A stretch of DNA of 64,000 bases from Clostridia bacterium (GCA_045589295.1 JAZNOU010000012.1:1-64000), one strand, 5' to 3'. Shown: positions 21,742-33,227, counted from the first letter of the stretch. Notes: a model not told the origin generated them from the sequence alone. Program-made: numbers and translations.

Positions 21742-21770
21742 TTGCATTTTTTAAAAAGTTGTGTTATACT
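21742..21770 (+). promoter_or_regulatory. SigA-type promoter of tRNA-Pro
   Basis: TTGCAT-17-TATACT with extended TG. Confidence 0.6.
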
Positions 21771-21783
21771 ATCTATTGCATTT

Positions 21784-21860
21784 CGAGGCGTAGCTCAGTT
21801 TGGTAGAGTGCTTGGTTTGGGACCAAGATGCCGCAGGTTCAAGTCCTGTCGCCTCGACCA
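21784..21860 (+). tRNA. tRNA-Pro (TGG)
   Basis: CGAGGCGTAGCTCAG...CTTGG-TTTGGGA-CCAAG...GGTTCAAGTCC...CGCCTCGACCA. Confidence 0.95.
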
Positions 21861-21898
21861 CGTCGAAGTAAAGGGAAAACTTTGCTTCGACTTTTTTT

Positions 21899-22798
21899 AT
21901 GATTAGGAGGATTAAAGTGAGAAGATTTAACGAACATTTAAGCATTAAAAATATTATTATGCTTACGCTTGCGGGAATTATCAATGCTTTTGGTGTTACA
22001 TTATTCTTGTCGCCCGTTAAGCTCTATGACAGCGGTATTTCGGGAACGTCAATGCTTTTATCACAACTTACTCCTGAGTTATTTTCACTTTCATTTTTTC
22101 TTGTAATTTTAAATATTCCACTGTTTTTGTACGGCCTTAAAAGGCAGGGAAAAATATTTACCGGTTATGCCATTTATACAGTTGTTGTCTATTCTGCGAC
22201 CGCATACTTAATTATGTATGTTTTGCCTATTGATGTGAATTTGGCATCTCCGCTTGCGGGAACTGACCTTTTACTTTGTGCTTTGTTTGGCGGGGCGATT
22301 TCAGGAATTGGCAGCGGTCTTGCAATACGCTACGGCGGGGCTATGGACGGCGTTGAAGTTATGGCGGTTATTTTCGCAAAAAGGCTTGGAATTACTGTTG
22401 GTACATTTGTTATGGTATACAACATAGTGCTGTATGTAATTTCGGGGATTGCAATAAACAGCTGGATACTTCCTCTTTATTCTATTGTAACGTACGGGGC
22501 GGCGCTTAAGACAATTGACTTTATTGTAGAGGGCTTAGACCGTGCAAAATGCGCCATGATTGTAACAGAGCACGCGGCAGAGATCTGCAGTGCAATTTCT
22601 GAAGAGTTTGAAAGCGGAACTACAAAAATAGACGCAAAGGGCGGTTATTCCAATGCACAAAAGACAATGATTTATTTTGTGGTCAACCGTTTCCAGGTGG
22701 TTAAATTAAAGCAAATCGTTCATGAGATTGACCCTGCTGCTTACATTATAATCAGCGAGGTTGCAGACATATTTAAAGCAAATATTGATAAACAATAA
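21899..22798 (+). CDS. YitT-family membrane protein
   Basis: DSGISG, LNIPLF, GGAMDG, GGYS, EIDPAAYI; start may be GTG 21917. Confidence 0.88.
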   Translation: MIRRIKVRRFNEHLSIKNIIMLTLAGIINAFGVTLFLSPVKLYDSGISGTSMLLSQLTPELFSLSFFLVILNIPLFLYGLKRQGKIFTGYAIYTVVVYSATAYLIMYVLPIDVNLASPLAGTDLLLCALFGGAISGIGSGLAIRYGGAMDGVEVMAVIFAKRLGITVGTFVMVYNIVLYVISGIAINSWILPLYSIVTYGAALKTIDFIVEGLDRAKCAMIVTEHAAEICSAISEEFESGTTKIDAKGGYSNAQKTMIYFVVNRFQVVKLKQIVHEIDPAAYIIISEVADIFKANIDKQ

Positions 22799-22852
22799 GA
22801 AAAGACACCCGACAGGGTGCCTTTTTTGTGTCATGATTAAATTCTCTTTTTA

Positions 22853-25462
22853 TTACTCTACAATAACTACTTCTTTAACTTCATCTTTGTAAATTCTGAT
22901 GAATACTCTTTGCTCATTTGCGCCATCTTCCCATTTTGCGATTTCGCCTGAGTCTGTGATTGTAAGTTTGTTTCTGCCTGTGTCAAACTTGTAAACAAGT
23001 GCACCTGATACGTTGTAGTTAATTGCACTTTCGCCGTTTACTGATACGTTAACAGAGTCTGAGAATTTCTTTGTTACTTTTCCGTAAATAACAGCCATTT
23101 CGTCTGCTGCGCCGTAGCTTGCATAGAATTCTGTATCTTTTTCACTTACGTCAAATAATACTGTGATTTTATCAATTTCGCCTTTTGAGTTTAAGGTGTA
23201 CTGAATAATGTCACCAGGCTGTAATTTTTCGCTTTCGTTTTTAACCAAGATGCCTGCTTCTTCGGTCATCAGTTCGATTTTTTCTCCGTCTACTGCAGCA
23301 TAGAGTTTATCAACTAAAAGTTCTTCTGCGTTTTGAATTGATGTGATTTTGTCAACTACTGCAATAGGTGCTTCAATCTTACCGTTTGAAACTGTGTTTG
23401 TAACTCTTATCATACCTGCTGTGTGATCTTCTTTGATGTCAAACACTTCTACATTGTAAGTGCTTCCGTCAACAAAGCTTTTAAGTGAACCCATTTCCAT
23501 TTTATCTGTGTCTGTTTCATTTTCTGCAATGTTAAAGATAATTGTTTCCTCTGATACTTTGATTGAACCTGTTGTAGCACCGCTTTCGTCTACAATGTTA
23601 AGTCTGTTGCCTGCTGACTTAAATACTAAGCCGTCGCCACTGAAGTTTAAGGCAAACATTGATTTTTCAAAGCTCTGAGGGAAACTTGCAGTTTTGTCTG
23701 TTGCTCTTTCTATTCCTGAAAGTTCGCCTTTTGAGTTTGTTTCAAAAGTAACCATTTGTTTTACTACGCTTCCGTCTGTTTTAAGAGCCTCAAGTGCCGC
23801 TTCTGTTGTAAGGCCTGAAACGCCGTCAACTTTGATTTTATCTGCTGCTGTTAATGTTTTTACTTCGCCGCCTACGGTGAAGAGTTTTATCTGAAGTGAC
23901 TGGTCAAGACCTGAAGTAAGACCTGCATTAATTAAATATGCATAGTTAGTTCCAAGTCTGCTTTGAGCGTCAAATGCTGCGATTTTTCCTGAAGCATCTA
24001 AATAAAATCTGCCTTCTAATCTTAAAGTAAAGTCGCCGAAATTCATATTTTCTGCTATCTTGTACTCTTTTCCGCCGATTACTACTACTTCTTCAGATGC
24101 TGATTTTTCGGTGATTACACCAGAAACCATTTCTGTTGAAACTACAGCTTTTACATAGTTTGTGTTTTTGTAAACTGAAAGCACGTTCCATTCTTTGATG
24201 TCTTTAATATCTACGGGATTTCCGTTTTTGTCTGTTAAAATAACTTTTAAGTTTTTGTTGTTGTCTGTATTTAAATCAAGTGCAGGAAGACCGTTTTTAT
24301 CGTAAATCTTTTTGCCTGCTGTTGATACTGAATCCACAACGTAGTTTACATATTCATTAATGAAAACTGTGTCGTATTTGTCATCTCTTGTTGTTTCTAA
24401 AAGTGTAATTGTACCGGTTGCAGGATTTTTAAGTGCACCAGCTTTATCGTTGTAAATTACTTTAACATCGTCTGCGAGCATCAGTTCTTCTTCATCTGAA
24501 TCATCACCCTCGGTATAGAAAATGCTTGTTGAATTTTCTAAGATTTCCTGTGAAAGATCTGATGCGTTGATGGTAATTGATTTGTTTCTGCTTTTGTCTG
24601 CCATTGCAAGAAGAACAACTTTGTCGCCATCTTCTTTTTCTTCAACGTAATAAGTTACATATTGGCCGAGCATTGTATCTGCCTTTGAAGAACCTGTGAA
24701 GAATACATCTGAGCCAATCTGAACTTCTGTATCTTTAAGTGAGCTTGTGCCGTCAAGTCTTGTTACAGAGTTGCCTGTTACAATGCCTGTGCCTTTAATT
24801 ACGCCCAATTTATCCTTTAAAAGTGTTTTATTTACTTCTTCATATTTTCCGTCGTCGCCAAAGCCTACCTGCTCCATTAAGTTGATTGTAAGAGCGTTAA
24901 AAGTAAGCTGAGCTGTGATGCCACGTGATGCACCTTTATTTGCTTCTGTTGAAGCTTTTTTTGTAAGACCGATGTTGTTACCTGTTACAAGATAGCCTGT
25001 AGGGTATCCGCCTCTGGCAAGTGCTGCAGGCTCGTGACCTAATACTCTTACTAAAATTGTAACTGCTTCTTGATATGTGATAACATCTTCAGGTGCAAAA
25101 AGACCTGTATCGTGACCTACTACAATTTTTTGAGCGGTTGCTATATTGATATAGCCGTTTGCCCAGTGGTCAATACCAACGTCAGGAAATTTTGTTATTC
25201 CTTTTGACGCTTCTGCAACGTCTTGTAAGCCTAATGCGTGGATTGCAATTTTTGCAAATTCTGCCCTTGTTACTGTGTCGTTCGGACGAAATCCGCCTTC
25301 GTCACCAATCATAATGCCGAGCGCACCAAGTACTGTTGCAGCTTCTTCGTAAACTGTGCCTGCAACATCTTCGCTTACTTCAAAGCCGTGCGCAGGTGTT
25401 ACGATACCGATTGCCATAACAAGTGTTAAAACAACCGATAAAACTTTTTTAAATGCTGACAT
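22853..25462 (-). CDS. S-layer homology (SLH) domain cell-surface protein
   Basis: Signal peptide; FRPNDTVTRAEF, FPDV..DHWA.GYI, FAPEDVITYQEA. Confidence 0.9.
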   Translation of the reverse strand: MSAFKKVLSVVLTLVMAIGIVTPAHGFEVSEDVAGTVYEEAATVLGALGIMIGDEGGFRPNDTVTRAEFAKIAIHALGLQDVAEASKGITKFPDVGIDHWANGYINIATAQKIVVGHDTGLFAPEDVITYQEAVTILVRVLGHEPAALARGGYPTGYLVTGNNIGLTKKASTEANKGASRGITAQLTFNALTINLMEQVGFGDDGKYEEVNKTLLKDKLGVIKGTGIVTGNSVTRLDGTSSLKDTEVQIGSDVFFTGSSKADTMLGQYVTYYVEEKEDGDKVVLLAMADKSRNKSITINASDLSQEILENSTSIFYTEGDDSDEEELMLADDVKVIYNDKAGALKNPATGTITLLETTRDDKYDTVFINEYVNYVVDSVSTAGKKIYDKNGLPALDLNTDNNKNLKVILTDKNGNPVDIKDIKEWNVLSVYKNTNYVKAVVSTEMVSGVITEKSASEEVVVIGGKEYKIAENMNFGDFTLRLEGRFYLDASGKIAAFDAQSRLGTNYAYLINAGLTSGLDQSLQIKLFTVGGEVKTLTAADKIKVDGVSGLTTEAALEALKTDGSVVKQMVTFETNSKGELSGIERATDKTASFPQSFEKSMFALNFSGDGLVFKSAGNRLNIVDESGATTGSIKVSEETIIFNIAENETDTDKMEMGSLKSFVDGSTYNVEVFDIKEDHTAGMIRVTNTVSNGKIEAPIAVVDKITSIQNAEELLVDKLYAAVDGEKIELMTEEAGILVKNESEKLQPGDIIQYTLNSKGEIDKITVLFDVSEKDTEFYASYGAADEMAVIYGKVTKKFSDSVNVSVNGESAINYNVSGALVYKFDTGRNKLTITDSGEIAKWEDGANEQRVFIRIYKDEVKEVVIVE

Positions 25463-25753
25463 ACTTTAGTTTCCTCCTAATATATTTTTATTGTTGCTGG
25501 TTGCTATAAATGTCGATTATGTCAACCACAGTTACAATAATAACGGATTTTATTCGCCTTTTCAATGCAAAATATTTGGAAGTTCTGGCGTGATTTTGAA
25601 GCAAAAAAGTCAGTCTTAAAAGCTATATAATGAAGAAATGAAAAAAATAAAGAAAAATTTGTATTTTTTTGATAAAAATGTGTATTTGTATTGTTTTTTT
25701 TATTAAAAAGTGGTATACTTGATAGGAAGTAGAATGTTTTTTGCGGAGGATAT

Positions 25754-26518
25754 ATGGCAAAGATAATTTCGGTAGCAAATCAGAAAGGCGGAGTGGGCAA
25801 AACCACTACAGCCGTAAACCTTGCCTCGTGTTTGGCAGAGCAGGGTAAAAAAGTTCTGATTATTGATGCTGACCCTCAGGGCAATGCCACAACCGGACTT
25901 GGAATTGAAAAAGAAACTCTTTCCGGTACAGTTTACGATATTTTGGTAAACGAGGCAGAGGCAGATGAGGTAATTACAAAAACAAAATATTTTGATATGG
26001 ATATAATCGCATCCGATATAGGTCTTTCGGGGGCGGAAATTGAGCTGGTATCTACGAACAAAAGAGAGTTTAAGCTTAAAGATGCACTTTTAAAGGTAAA
26101 AGACAGTTATGATTTTATTATTATCGACTGTCCCCCGTCGCTTGGACTTGTTACAATTAACGCTTTAACTGCAACTGATACCGTTTTAATACCTATTCAG
26201 TGCGAGTATTACGCCTTAGAGGGCGTTATGCAACTTACAAACACAATTAATCTTGTTAAAAAGGCGCTTAATCCTGAACTTGACATTGAGGGCGTTGTTA
26301 TGACAATGTTCGACGGAAGAACAAATCTTTCAATTCAGGTGGTAGAAGAAGTTAAAAAGTGCTTTGGCAAAAAGGTTTATCGCTCGGTTATACCAAGAAA
26401 TGTAAGACTTTCGGAGGCACCTAGCTTTGGAGAACCTATAAACGTGTTTGACCGCACCGCAACAGGTGCTTTTGCGTATACGTCGCTGGCAAAAGAAGTA
26501 ATTGAAAAAAACAATTAA
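25754..26518 (+). CDS. soj: ParA/Soj ATPase
   Basis: NQKGGVGKTTT, DADPQGNAT, DCPPSLG, RNVRLSEAPSFG. Confidence 0.95.
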   Translation: MAKIISVANQKGGVGKTTTAVNLASCLAEQGKKVLIIDADPQGNATTGLGIEKETLSGTVYDILVNEAEADEVITKTKYFDMDIIASDIGLSGAEIELVSTNKREFKLKDALLKVKDSYDFIIIDCPPSLGLVTINALTATDTVLIPIQCEYYALEGVMQLTNTINLVKKALNPELDIEGVVMTMFDGRTNLSIQVVEEVKKCFGKKVYRSVIPRNVRLSEAPSFGEPINVFDRTATGAFAYTSLAKEVIEKNN

Positions 26519-26549
26519 TTATTCAGTATACTGTTTGTGAGGAATATAT

Positions 26550-27419
26550 ATGAAAAAAAGAGGACTGGGAAAGGGGTTCGGGCTTGGCGCCTTAATCCCC
26601 GACACAATACAAGAACAGGTTAAAGATGCGTCTTTGGCACAGGAGCTTGACATAAATTTAGTTGAGCCGAACAAAGACCAGCCAAGAAAAGACTTTGATG
26701 AACAAAAGCTTTCAGCACTTGCAGAGTCTATTAAAGAGCACGGTATGGTTCAGCCAATCGTTGCCGTTAAGGAAAACGACTACTACCGCATTGTAGCAGG
26801 CGAAAGAAGATGGCGTGCTGCAAAAAGTTTAGGGCTTAAAACAGTTCCTGTTATTGTAAAAGAATATTCTGTTTTGCAGGCGGAAAGTATTGCTTTGGTT
26901 GAAAATCTTCAAAGAGAAAACTTAAACCCAATTGAAGAGGCAAACGGATACAGAAGACTTATGGACACTTACGGCTTAACTCAAGAACAGGTTGCCGAAA
27001 AAGTTGGAAAAAGCAGACCTGCCGTTGCAAACGCATTAAGATTTTTAATGATGCCCAAAAAGCTTCGTGATATGTTGGCAGCAGGTGAGATAAGTCAGGG
27101 GCACGCAAAAGTTTTAATGTCGGTTACCGACCTTAACAAAATGGAAACCCTTGCTGACAGGGTGAAAAATGAGGAACTTAGCGTAAGACAGCTGGAAGCC
27201 CTTGCGAAAGAACAACAACCTAAGAAGAAAAAGCAAATTGTTTTAGATAAAGATGTGAAAAATCAGCTTGATAAATCACAAAAGGTTTTGGAAGAAAAGT
27301 ATGGAGTTAAGGTAAAACTTAATTATTCAGAAAAATTTAAAGGTAAAGTTGAACTTGGCTTTAAAAACTATGCCCAGATGACAGAGCTTTTGGAAAAACT
27401 TGGCATAGAACAGGAATAG
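26550..27419 (+). CDS. spo0J: ParB/Spo0J partition protein
   Basis: KRGLGKG, QPRKDF, AGERRWRA, ENLQRENLNPIEEA, KSRPAVAN. Confidence 0.95.
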   Translation: MKKRGLGKGFGLGALIPDTIQEQVKDASLAQELDINLVEPNKDQPRKDFDEQKLSALAESIKEHGMVQPIVAVKENDYYRIVAGERRWRAAKSLGLKTVPVIVKEYSVLQAESIALVENLQRENLNPIEEANGYRRLMDTYGLTQEQVAEKVGKSRPAVANALRFLMMPKKLRDMLAAGEISQGHAKVLMSVTDLNKMETLADRVKNEELSVRQLEALAKEQQPKKKKQIVLDKDVKNQLDKSQKVLEEKYGVKVKLNYSEKFKGKVELGFKNYAQMTELLEKLGIEQE

Positions 27420-27431
27420 GAGGCACTTTAA

Positions 27432-27839
27432 TTGAAAAAGTTTGACGCAAAATTTATTAAATATTCCGTTTTGCTTTTTGTTGTTTCGGTGCTGTTTATA
27501 GGGATTGGGGCGGTAAGCCTTACAAGAAGTTCTGAAAGAACTGACAAGATAAATGCGTCTGCAAAAACAAGAATTGAAGTTTTAAGCAGCGAGAACGTAA
27601 CCTTAAAACAGGAAGTGGATGCGTTAAAGGAAGAAAATAAAAATCTTTACGAAACAGCTGAAAGATATCACGCATTAAACTCAATTTTTGAGGCAGAAAA
27701 AATGATAGAAGGCAGTTACTATGAAGATGCTTTAATCTGTCTTGAAAAAATTGACAAAAAATACATTGAGGGCACTTTTGCCATCACAAATTACGAAAAA
27801 TTGTTAGAAATTGCAAAGGAGAATACCAAAAATGATTGA
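27432..27839 (+). CDS. Hypothetical membrane-anchored coiled-coil protein
   Basis: SD GGAGG, TTG start, one TM segment then coiled coil. Confidence 0.7.
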   Translation: MKKFDAKFIKYSVLLFVVSVLFIGIGAVSLTRSSERTDKINASAKTRIEVLSSENVTLKQEVDALKEENKNLYETAERYHALNSIFEAEKMIEGSYYEDALICLEKIDKKYIEGTFAITNYEKLLEIAKENTKND

Positions 27840-29109
27840 TATTAAGGTTTTAAGAAACGAGCCTGAAAAGGTACAGCGTGCATTTTTAAAAAGACGTGAA
27901 AAATTTGACGTTGAAGGCGTTTTAGAGCTTGATGACAAAAGAAAAGAAACCATCTACAAGGCAGAACAACTTAAAAATAAGCAAAACACCGTTTCCAAAC
28001 AAATTCCTATGCTTAAAAAAGAGGGCAAAGACGTTGCTCCAATTTTTGCAGAAATGAAACAGATTTCAGATGAAATCAAAGAGCTTGATGCAATTGTTCG
28101 TGATTTGGATGAAAAAATTGAAAAAATTATGCTCACTATCCCAAATATTCCTAACGAAACTGTTCCTGAGGGTGAAACAGACGAGGATAATATCGAAATA
28201 AGAAAATGGGGCGAGCCTACTAAATTTGATTTTGAGCCAAAAGCGCACTGGGATATTGGTAAAGATCTTAATATTTTAGATGCTGAGCGTGCAGGCAAGG
28301 TTACAGGAACAAGATTTACCTTCTACAAAGGCACAGGCTCACAATTAGAGCGTGCAGTAATCAACTTCTTTTTAGATACTCACACTTTAGAAAGCGGATA
28401 TAAAGAGGTTTTCCCTCCTTACATGGTTCACAGAAACTCAATGGTTGGAACAGGTCAGCTTCCTAAGTTTGAAGAAGATGCTTTTAAAGTTTCAGGAACT
28501 GATTATTTCTTAATTCCGACTGCTGAAGTTCCTGTTACAAATATGTATCGTGATGAGATTTTAGATGGCTCAAAGCTTCCTATCAAGCACGTTGCGTATT
28601 CAGCATGCTTCAGAGCAGAAGCGGGTTCTGCAGGAAGAGACACAAGAGGCTTGGTGCGTCAGCATCAGTTCAACAAAGTGGAATTGGTTAAGTTTACAAA
28701 GCCTGAGCAGTCTTATGAAGAACTTGAAAAGCTCACAAAAGATGCTGAAAAAGTACTTCAGCTTTTGGGCATTCCTTACAGAGTTGTTAAAATATGTGCA
28801 GGTGACCTTGGTTTTACAGCCGCTATGAAATATGATATTGAAGTTTGGATGCCAAGTTACAACCGTTACGTTGAAATTTCTTCTTGCTCAAACTTTGAAG
28901 AATTTCAGGCTCGCCGTGCTAACATTAAATATAAAGATTCACCAAAGGACAAGGCTCAGTTTGTTCACACTTTAAATGGCTCAGGTGTCGCTATAGGCCG
29001 AACTGTTGCGGCAATCTTGGAAAACTTCCAGCAAAAAGATGGCTCGGTTGTTATTCCTGAGGTTCTTCGTCCTTACATGAGAAAGGAAATTATTACAGTA
29101 GAAGAATAA
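27832..29109 (+). CDS. serS: Seryl-tRNA synthetase
   Basis: [43 protein letters not shown]. Confidence 0.97.
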   Translation: MIDIKVLRNEPEKVQRAFLKRREKFDVEGVLELDDKRKETIYKAEQLKNKQNTVSKQIPMLKKEGKDVAPIFAEMKQISDEIKELDAIVRDLDEKIEKIMLTIPNIPNETVPEGETDEDNIEIRKWGEPTKFDFEPKAHWDIGKDLNILDAERAGKVTGTRFTFYKGTGSQLERAVINFFLDTHTLESGYKEVFPPYMVHRNSMVGTGQLPKFEEDAFKVSGTDYFLIPTAEVPVTNMYRDEILDGSKLPIKHVAYSACFRAEAGSAGRDTRGLVRQHQFNKVELVKFTKPEQSYEELEKLTKDAEKVLQLLGIPYRVVKICAGDLGFTAAMKYDIEVWMPSYNRYVEISSCSNFEEFQARRANIKYKDSPKDKAQFVHTLNGSGVAIGRTVAAILENFQQKDGSVVIPEVLRPYMRKEIITVEE

Positions 29110-29120
29110 TCCATTTCAAG

Positions 29121-29149
29121 TTGACAACAAAACATAAATATGATAAAAT
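29121..29149 (+). promoter_or_regulatory. SigA-type promoter
   Basis: TTGACA-17-TAAAAT with extended TG. Confidence 0.7.
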
Positions 29150-29226
29150 TTTTGTTGGCTTTTGCCACATAAGATAAGTATATATTAGATTTTCTAATGA
29201 TATAAAATTTTCAGGAGGTATGACAA

Positions 29227-29919
29227 ATGAACTACACACATGAAGTAGAAAATATGTGTCCGGTTGCTAAGGGCCCACATCACGGTCCCGCACCCATTCC
29301 GGAAGAGGGCAAATGGGTAAAATCAACACAGATTTCAGACATTTCAGGTCTGTCACACGGTGTTGGCTGGTGCGCACCTCAGCAGGGTGCCTGCAAAATT
29401 ACTTTAAACGTTAAAAAAGGTATTATCGAAGAAGCTTTGGTTGAAACATTGGGTTGCTCAGGTATGACTCACTCAGCTGCTATGGCTGCTGAAATCTTAC
29501 AGGGCAAGACAATTTTAGAAGCATTAAACACTGACCTTGTTTGTGATGCTATTAACGTTGCTATGAGAGAAATCTTTAAGCAGCTCGCTTACGGTAGAAC
29601 TCAGACAGCTTTCTCTGAAGATGGTCTTCCAATCGGTGCTTCACTTGAAGACCTTGGTAAAGGTCTTTGCTCACAGGTTGGTACTATGTTTGCTACCAAC
29701 AAAAAAGGTGTTAGATACATGCAGATGGCTGAAGGCTATATCTTAAGCGTTGGGTTGGATAAAAACAACGAAGCTATCGGCTACAAATTCGTAAAAACAG
29801 GAAAAATGTTAGAAGACATCAGACATGGTGTTGATCCTAAAGAAGCTTACGAAAAGAACATCGGAACTTATGGCAGATATGACGATGCTGTAAAATACAT
29901 CGATCCGAGAGAAGAATAA
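29227..29919 (+). CDS. NifU/IscU-like Fe-S scaffold-related protein, partner of GGGtGRT
   Basis: HGVGWCAPQQGACK, ETLGCSGMTHSA, TDLVCDA. Confidence 0.8.
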   Translation: MNYTHEVENMCPVAKGPHHGPAPIPEEGKWVKSTQISDISGLSHGVGWCAPQQGACKITLNVKKGIIEEALVETLGCSGMTHSAAMAAEILQGKTILEALNTDLVCDAINVAMREIFKQLAYGRTQTAFSEDGLPIGASLEDLGKGLCSQVGTMFATNKKGVRYMQMAEGYILSVGLDKNNEAIGYKFVKTGKMLEDIRHGVDPKEAYEKNIGTYGRYDDAVKYIDPREE

Positions 29920-29937
29920 GAAAGGAGGAAGCAAATA

Positions 29938-30936
29938 ATGGCACAGTTTGAAGGTAAAGAAAGACGTCAGGCGAAAATTGACGTTTGTCTTAAAGAATAT
30001 GGTATGGCTACCTTAGAAGAAGCAAAAGAACTTTGCGAATCTAAAGGTATTGAAGTTGATAAAATTGTTAAAGGTGTTCAGCCTATCGCATTTGAAAATG
30101 CAGTTTGGGCATACACTTTAGGTTGCGCTATCGCACTTAAAAAAGGCGTTAAGACAGCTGCTGACGCTGCTGAAGCTATTGGCGAAGGCTTACAGGCATT
30201 CTGTATCCCCGGTTCAGTTGCTGAAACAAGAAAAGTAGGTTTAGGTCATGGTAACTTAGCTGCTATGCTTCTCCGTGAAGAAACAAAATGTTTCTGTTTC
30301 TTGGCAGGTCATGAATCTTTTGCAGCAGCAGAAGGTGCTATCGGTATCGCAAGAAGTGCTAACAAAGTTAGAAAAGAACCACTTCGCGTTATCTTGAACG
30401 GTCTTGGTAAAGACGCTGCTTATATTATTTCAAGAATTAACGGATTCACTTATGTTGAAACAGATTACGATTTCTACACAAGCGAACTTAAAGTTGTAAG
30501 AGAAGTCGCTTTCTCTGACGGTGAAAGATCAAAAGTTAAATGCTACGGTGCTAACGACGTTTTAGAAGGCGTTGCAATTATGATTAAGGAAGATGTTGAC
30601 GTTTCTATCACAGGTAACTCAACCAATCCTACAAGATTCCAGCACCCTGTTGCAGGCTCATACAAAAAATGGTCATGGGAAAATGGTAAAAAGTACTTCT
30701 CAGTTGCATCAGGCGGCGGTACAGGAAGAACACTTCACCCTGACAACATGGCTGCAGGTCCTGCTTCTTATGGTTTAACAGACACAATGGGCAGAATGCA
30801 CGGCGATGCTCAGTTTGCAGGTTCTTCATCACTTGCGGCTCACGTTGAAATGATGGGTCTCATTGGCGCAGGTAACAACCCAATGGTTGGTATGACTGTA
30901 GCAGTTGCTGTAGCTGTAGAAGAATCTTCAAAATAA
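29938..30936 (+). CDS. GGGtGRT-family protein (unknown function)
   Basis: Literal SGGGTGRTLHPDN motif; the last 93 nt are also the att of the adjacent element. Confidence 0.93.
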   Translation: MAQFEGKERRQAKIDVCLKEYGMATLEEAKELCESKGIEVDKIVKGVQPIAFENAVWAYTLGCAIALKKGVKTAADAAEAIGEGLQAFCIPGSVAETRKVGLGHGNLAAMLLREETKCFCFLAGHESFAAAEGAIGIARSANKVRKEPLRVILNGLGKDAAYIISRINGFTYVETDYDFYTSELKVVREVAFSDGERSKVKCYGANDVLEGVAIMIKEDVDVSITGNSTNPTRFQHPVAGSYKKWSWENGKKYFSVASGGGTGRTLHPDNMAAGPASYGLTDTMGRMHGDAQFAGSSSLAAHVEMMGLIGAGNNPMVGMTVAVAVAVEESSK

Positions 30937-31000
30937 TAAGTAATATCAAGGGTTTCAAGCCTTTTGAATATTTCTTTATTATCTTAAATTAAAAATTTAT

Positions 31001-31052
31001 AGTTAGACACATCATTTTGTGATTTTTGCACATGATGTGTCTAACTTTTTTT
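31001..31052 (+). terminator. 15-bp perfect inverted repeat plus T-tract just upstream of the integrase
   Basis: AGTTAGACACATCAT-16nt-ATGATGTGTCTAACT-TTTTTT. Confidence 0.55.
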
Positions 31053-31073
31053 ATGTTTTGAAAGGGATTTTTT

Positions 31074-32009
31074 ATGAAGAAAATGCAGATGTTTGAAACC
31101 GAAAGAATTACATTCCAAGAGGGATGCAATATGTATCTTGATAATTGCAGGCAAAGAAATTTGCGAGAAGGAACAATTAATCATTATAAGCAAAGTTATA
31201 ATCAATTTTACAAGTATTTTAACCCTCAAATGCCTATAACTGATTTAACGCAGGATGTTTATAAACAATTTGTCGTTCATTTGAGAGAAACACTTCACAA
31301 CGACGTAAGCATCAACGCATATTTACGCGATTTAATTACAACTATTCACTTCTGGATGAATGAAGGATACGTGGAACATTACAAAATGCAATCAATTAAA
31401 GTAGATAAAACAAACGTTGAAACATATACGGAAGCGGAACTTCGTGTTCTACTGGCTAAACCAAATATTAAGAAGTGTAGTTTTGCAGAATATCAGAGTT
31501 GGGTTATGACAAACTTTTTATTTTCAACCGGCATCAGACAACGAAGTCTGATTCATATCCAAGTGAAAGACATAGATATTGATAATAGCATTGTAAGAAT
31601 CAACGTTACTAAAAACAGAAAGCCGCTTCTTGTTCCGATAAATCAGACAATGATAAACATTTTAAAGGAATATTTGAAACACAGACAATATAAAACAACA
31701 GACGATTTTCTATTTTGCAATGTATTTGGTGAACAGTTGGTGCGAAGCACTTGTTATCATCGACTTTATGAATATAACAAAAAACGTGGGGTTGAAACAA
31801 CCGGAATCCACAGATACAGGCACACTTTCGCCAAACAATGGATTTTGAATGGTGGTAACGTTGTAACTCTATCAAGACTTTTAGGTCATTCAAATCTTGC
31901 AATAACGCAGAACTACATAAATTTGCTTGTAAGTGATATTTCAGAACAAGTAAACGAAATAAATCTGTTAGATAAATTTTCCGGCAAAAAAATGATAAAA
32001 ATGAAGTAG
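31074..32009 (+). CDS. Tyrosine recombinase/integrase
   Basis: TGIR, HRYRHTFA, LLGHS, TQNY catalytic motifs. Confidence 0.95.
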   Translation: MKKMQMFETERITFQEGCNMYLDNCRQRNLREGTINHYKQSYNQFYKYFNPQMPITDLTQDVYKQFVVHLRETLHNDVSINAYLRDLITTIHFWMNEGYVEHYKMQSIKVDKTNVETYTEAELRVLLAKPNIKKCSFAEYQSWVMTNFLFSTGIRQRSLIHIQVKDIDIDNSIVRINVTKNRKPLLVPINQTMINILKEYLKHRQYKTTDDFLFCNVFGEQLVRSTCYHRLYEYNKKRGVETTGIHRYRHTFAKQWILNGGNVVTLSRLLGHSNLAITQNYINLLVSDISEQVNEINLLDKFSGKKMIKMK

Positions 32010-32083
32010 TTAGGAAACATCTTCCTAACTACTTTTTAACATCTTTTATAATACTTTCAAACAACTATTTAACAACTTTTTGG

Positions 32084-33211
32084 TTACTTTATAGCATATT
32101 CTTCACTCAGAAGATTAGGAATATCATGTCTTTTGGATAAGCTGAATTCGGTGGTTGCCTTTGCAAGTACTTCTTCTGGTGACAATTTGAAAAATGGTAA
32201 GTTTTTTAAATTAATTTCTGCAGTAACATCTCCACTTAACCCACAAGCAGTAATAAAATGTTTATTGTTTCTAAGTTCTTTTTGTAACGTAGGATTTATA
32301 AAAACATTTTCAATGTATGAAAAAATAATATAGTTAATAGCAGAAAGTTTATCTTCAGGAGATAGCTTCTGAAATTGTTTATAGAATCGTTTGTATCTGT
32401 TTTCATTATCCTTTGCAAATAATATAACAACACTTGTTTTTTCTAATGGAAAAACTGCTACGTGAATATCTTTTGTCTTATATTCCGAAGATAATGAATA
32501 TATATCATTTACTACATTGCCTTCAAAATCTCCTATGAGTGTTATTGCAGATTGAGCGGCATAAGGAACAACATAATCAAGTGTTTTGTAATAGTATACG
32601 TGGTAGTATTTGTCTCTTGCTTTTTTGATAGCTTTTTGTGCATATTCAAATTCTGAAAGATATCCGGCTAAATCCAGATTTTCGATAAGTATTTGTTCAT
32701 CGGTATAGTCCTTATGATAAGGAAATTGTTTTTCAAGTATTTTGTACGTTTCTATTCCTTCAAGTTTTTTATAAATCATTAACAAATAGTTTTTTAATGC
32801 AATTTGTGCAAGCATTTTATTAGTAGGGAAATTGGAATAAGATTGTGGATTTTCATAGTCCTGAAAACTTTCGTTATCACAATTATTGCAAATTATATGG
32901 AATGTGCCGGTTTTGTTAATTCCTATGCATTTTACATTGAAAGGTTCTTTGTTTTGTAATGCTGATGAAACCATACCGTTTTCTGCAATTCGTAGAAGTG
33001 CAAATTTGGGTACAGAATGAGAATTGCAAAAACTGGAGCATTCTTTTTTGCATAATAAACAATGAGAAGGCTTGGCATTACGATGTGCTTCAGAAAAAAT
33101 TCTATTTGTATTTTTATTAAATTCAATTTGTTCTGAGGTTAATTTTTCGTTATAAGTTGTTTCAAAATCTGCCAGTTTTACCATCTCGAAATTGTGCTTG
33201 AATTTATTCAT
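32084..33211 (-). CDS. Hypothetical protein with CxxC...SH...CxxC (HNH-like) N-terminus
   Basis: CLLC, NSHSVP, ICNNCDN; ATG 33211 after GAGG. Confidence 0.6.
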   Translation of the reverse strand: MNKFKHNFEMVKLADFETTYNEKLTSEQIEFNKNTNRIFSEAHRNAKPSHCLLCKKECSSFCNSHSVPKFALLRIAENGMVSSALQNKEPFNVKCIGINKTGTFHIICNNCDNESFQDYENPQSYSNFPTNKMLAQIALKNYLLMIYKKLEGIETYKILEKQFPYHKDYTDEQILIENLDLAGYLSEFEYAQKAIKKARDKYYHVYYYKTLDYVVPYAAQSAITLIGDFEGNVVNDIYSLSSEYKTKDIHVAVFPLEKTSVVILFAKDNENRYKRFYKQFQKLSPEDKLSAINYIIFSYIENVFINPTLQKELRNNKHFITACGLSGDVTAEINLKNLPFFKLSPEEVLAKATTEFSLSKRHDIPNLLSEEYAIK

Positions 33212-33227
33212 ATTGTATCCTCGTATT

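Noticed and set aside
21194-21984. Short ORFs 21194-21445, 21353-21622, 21402-21596, 21424-21702, 21769-21984
   Set aside because: They overlap tRNAs, the structured repeat or the YitT gene; no SD or protein motifs.
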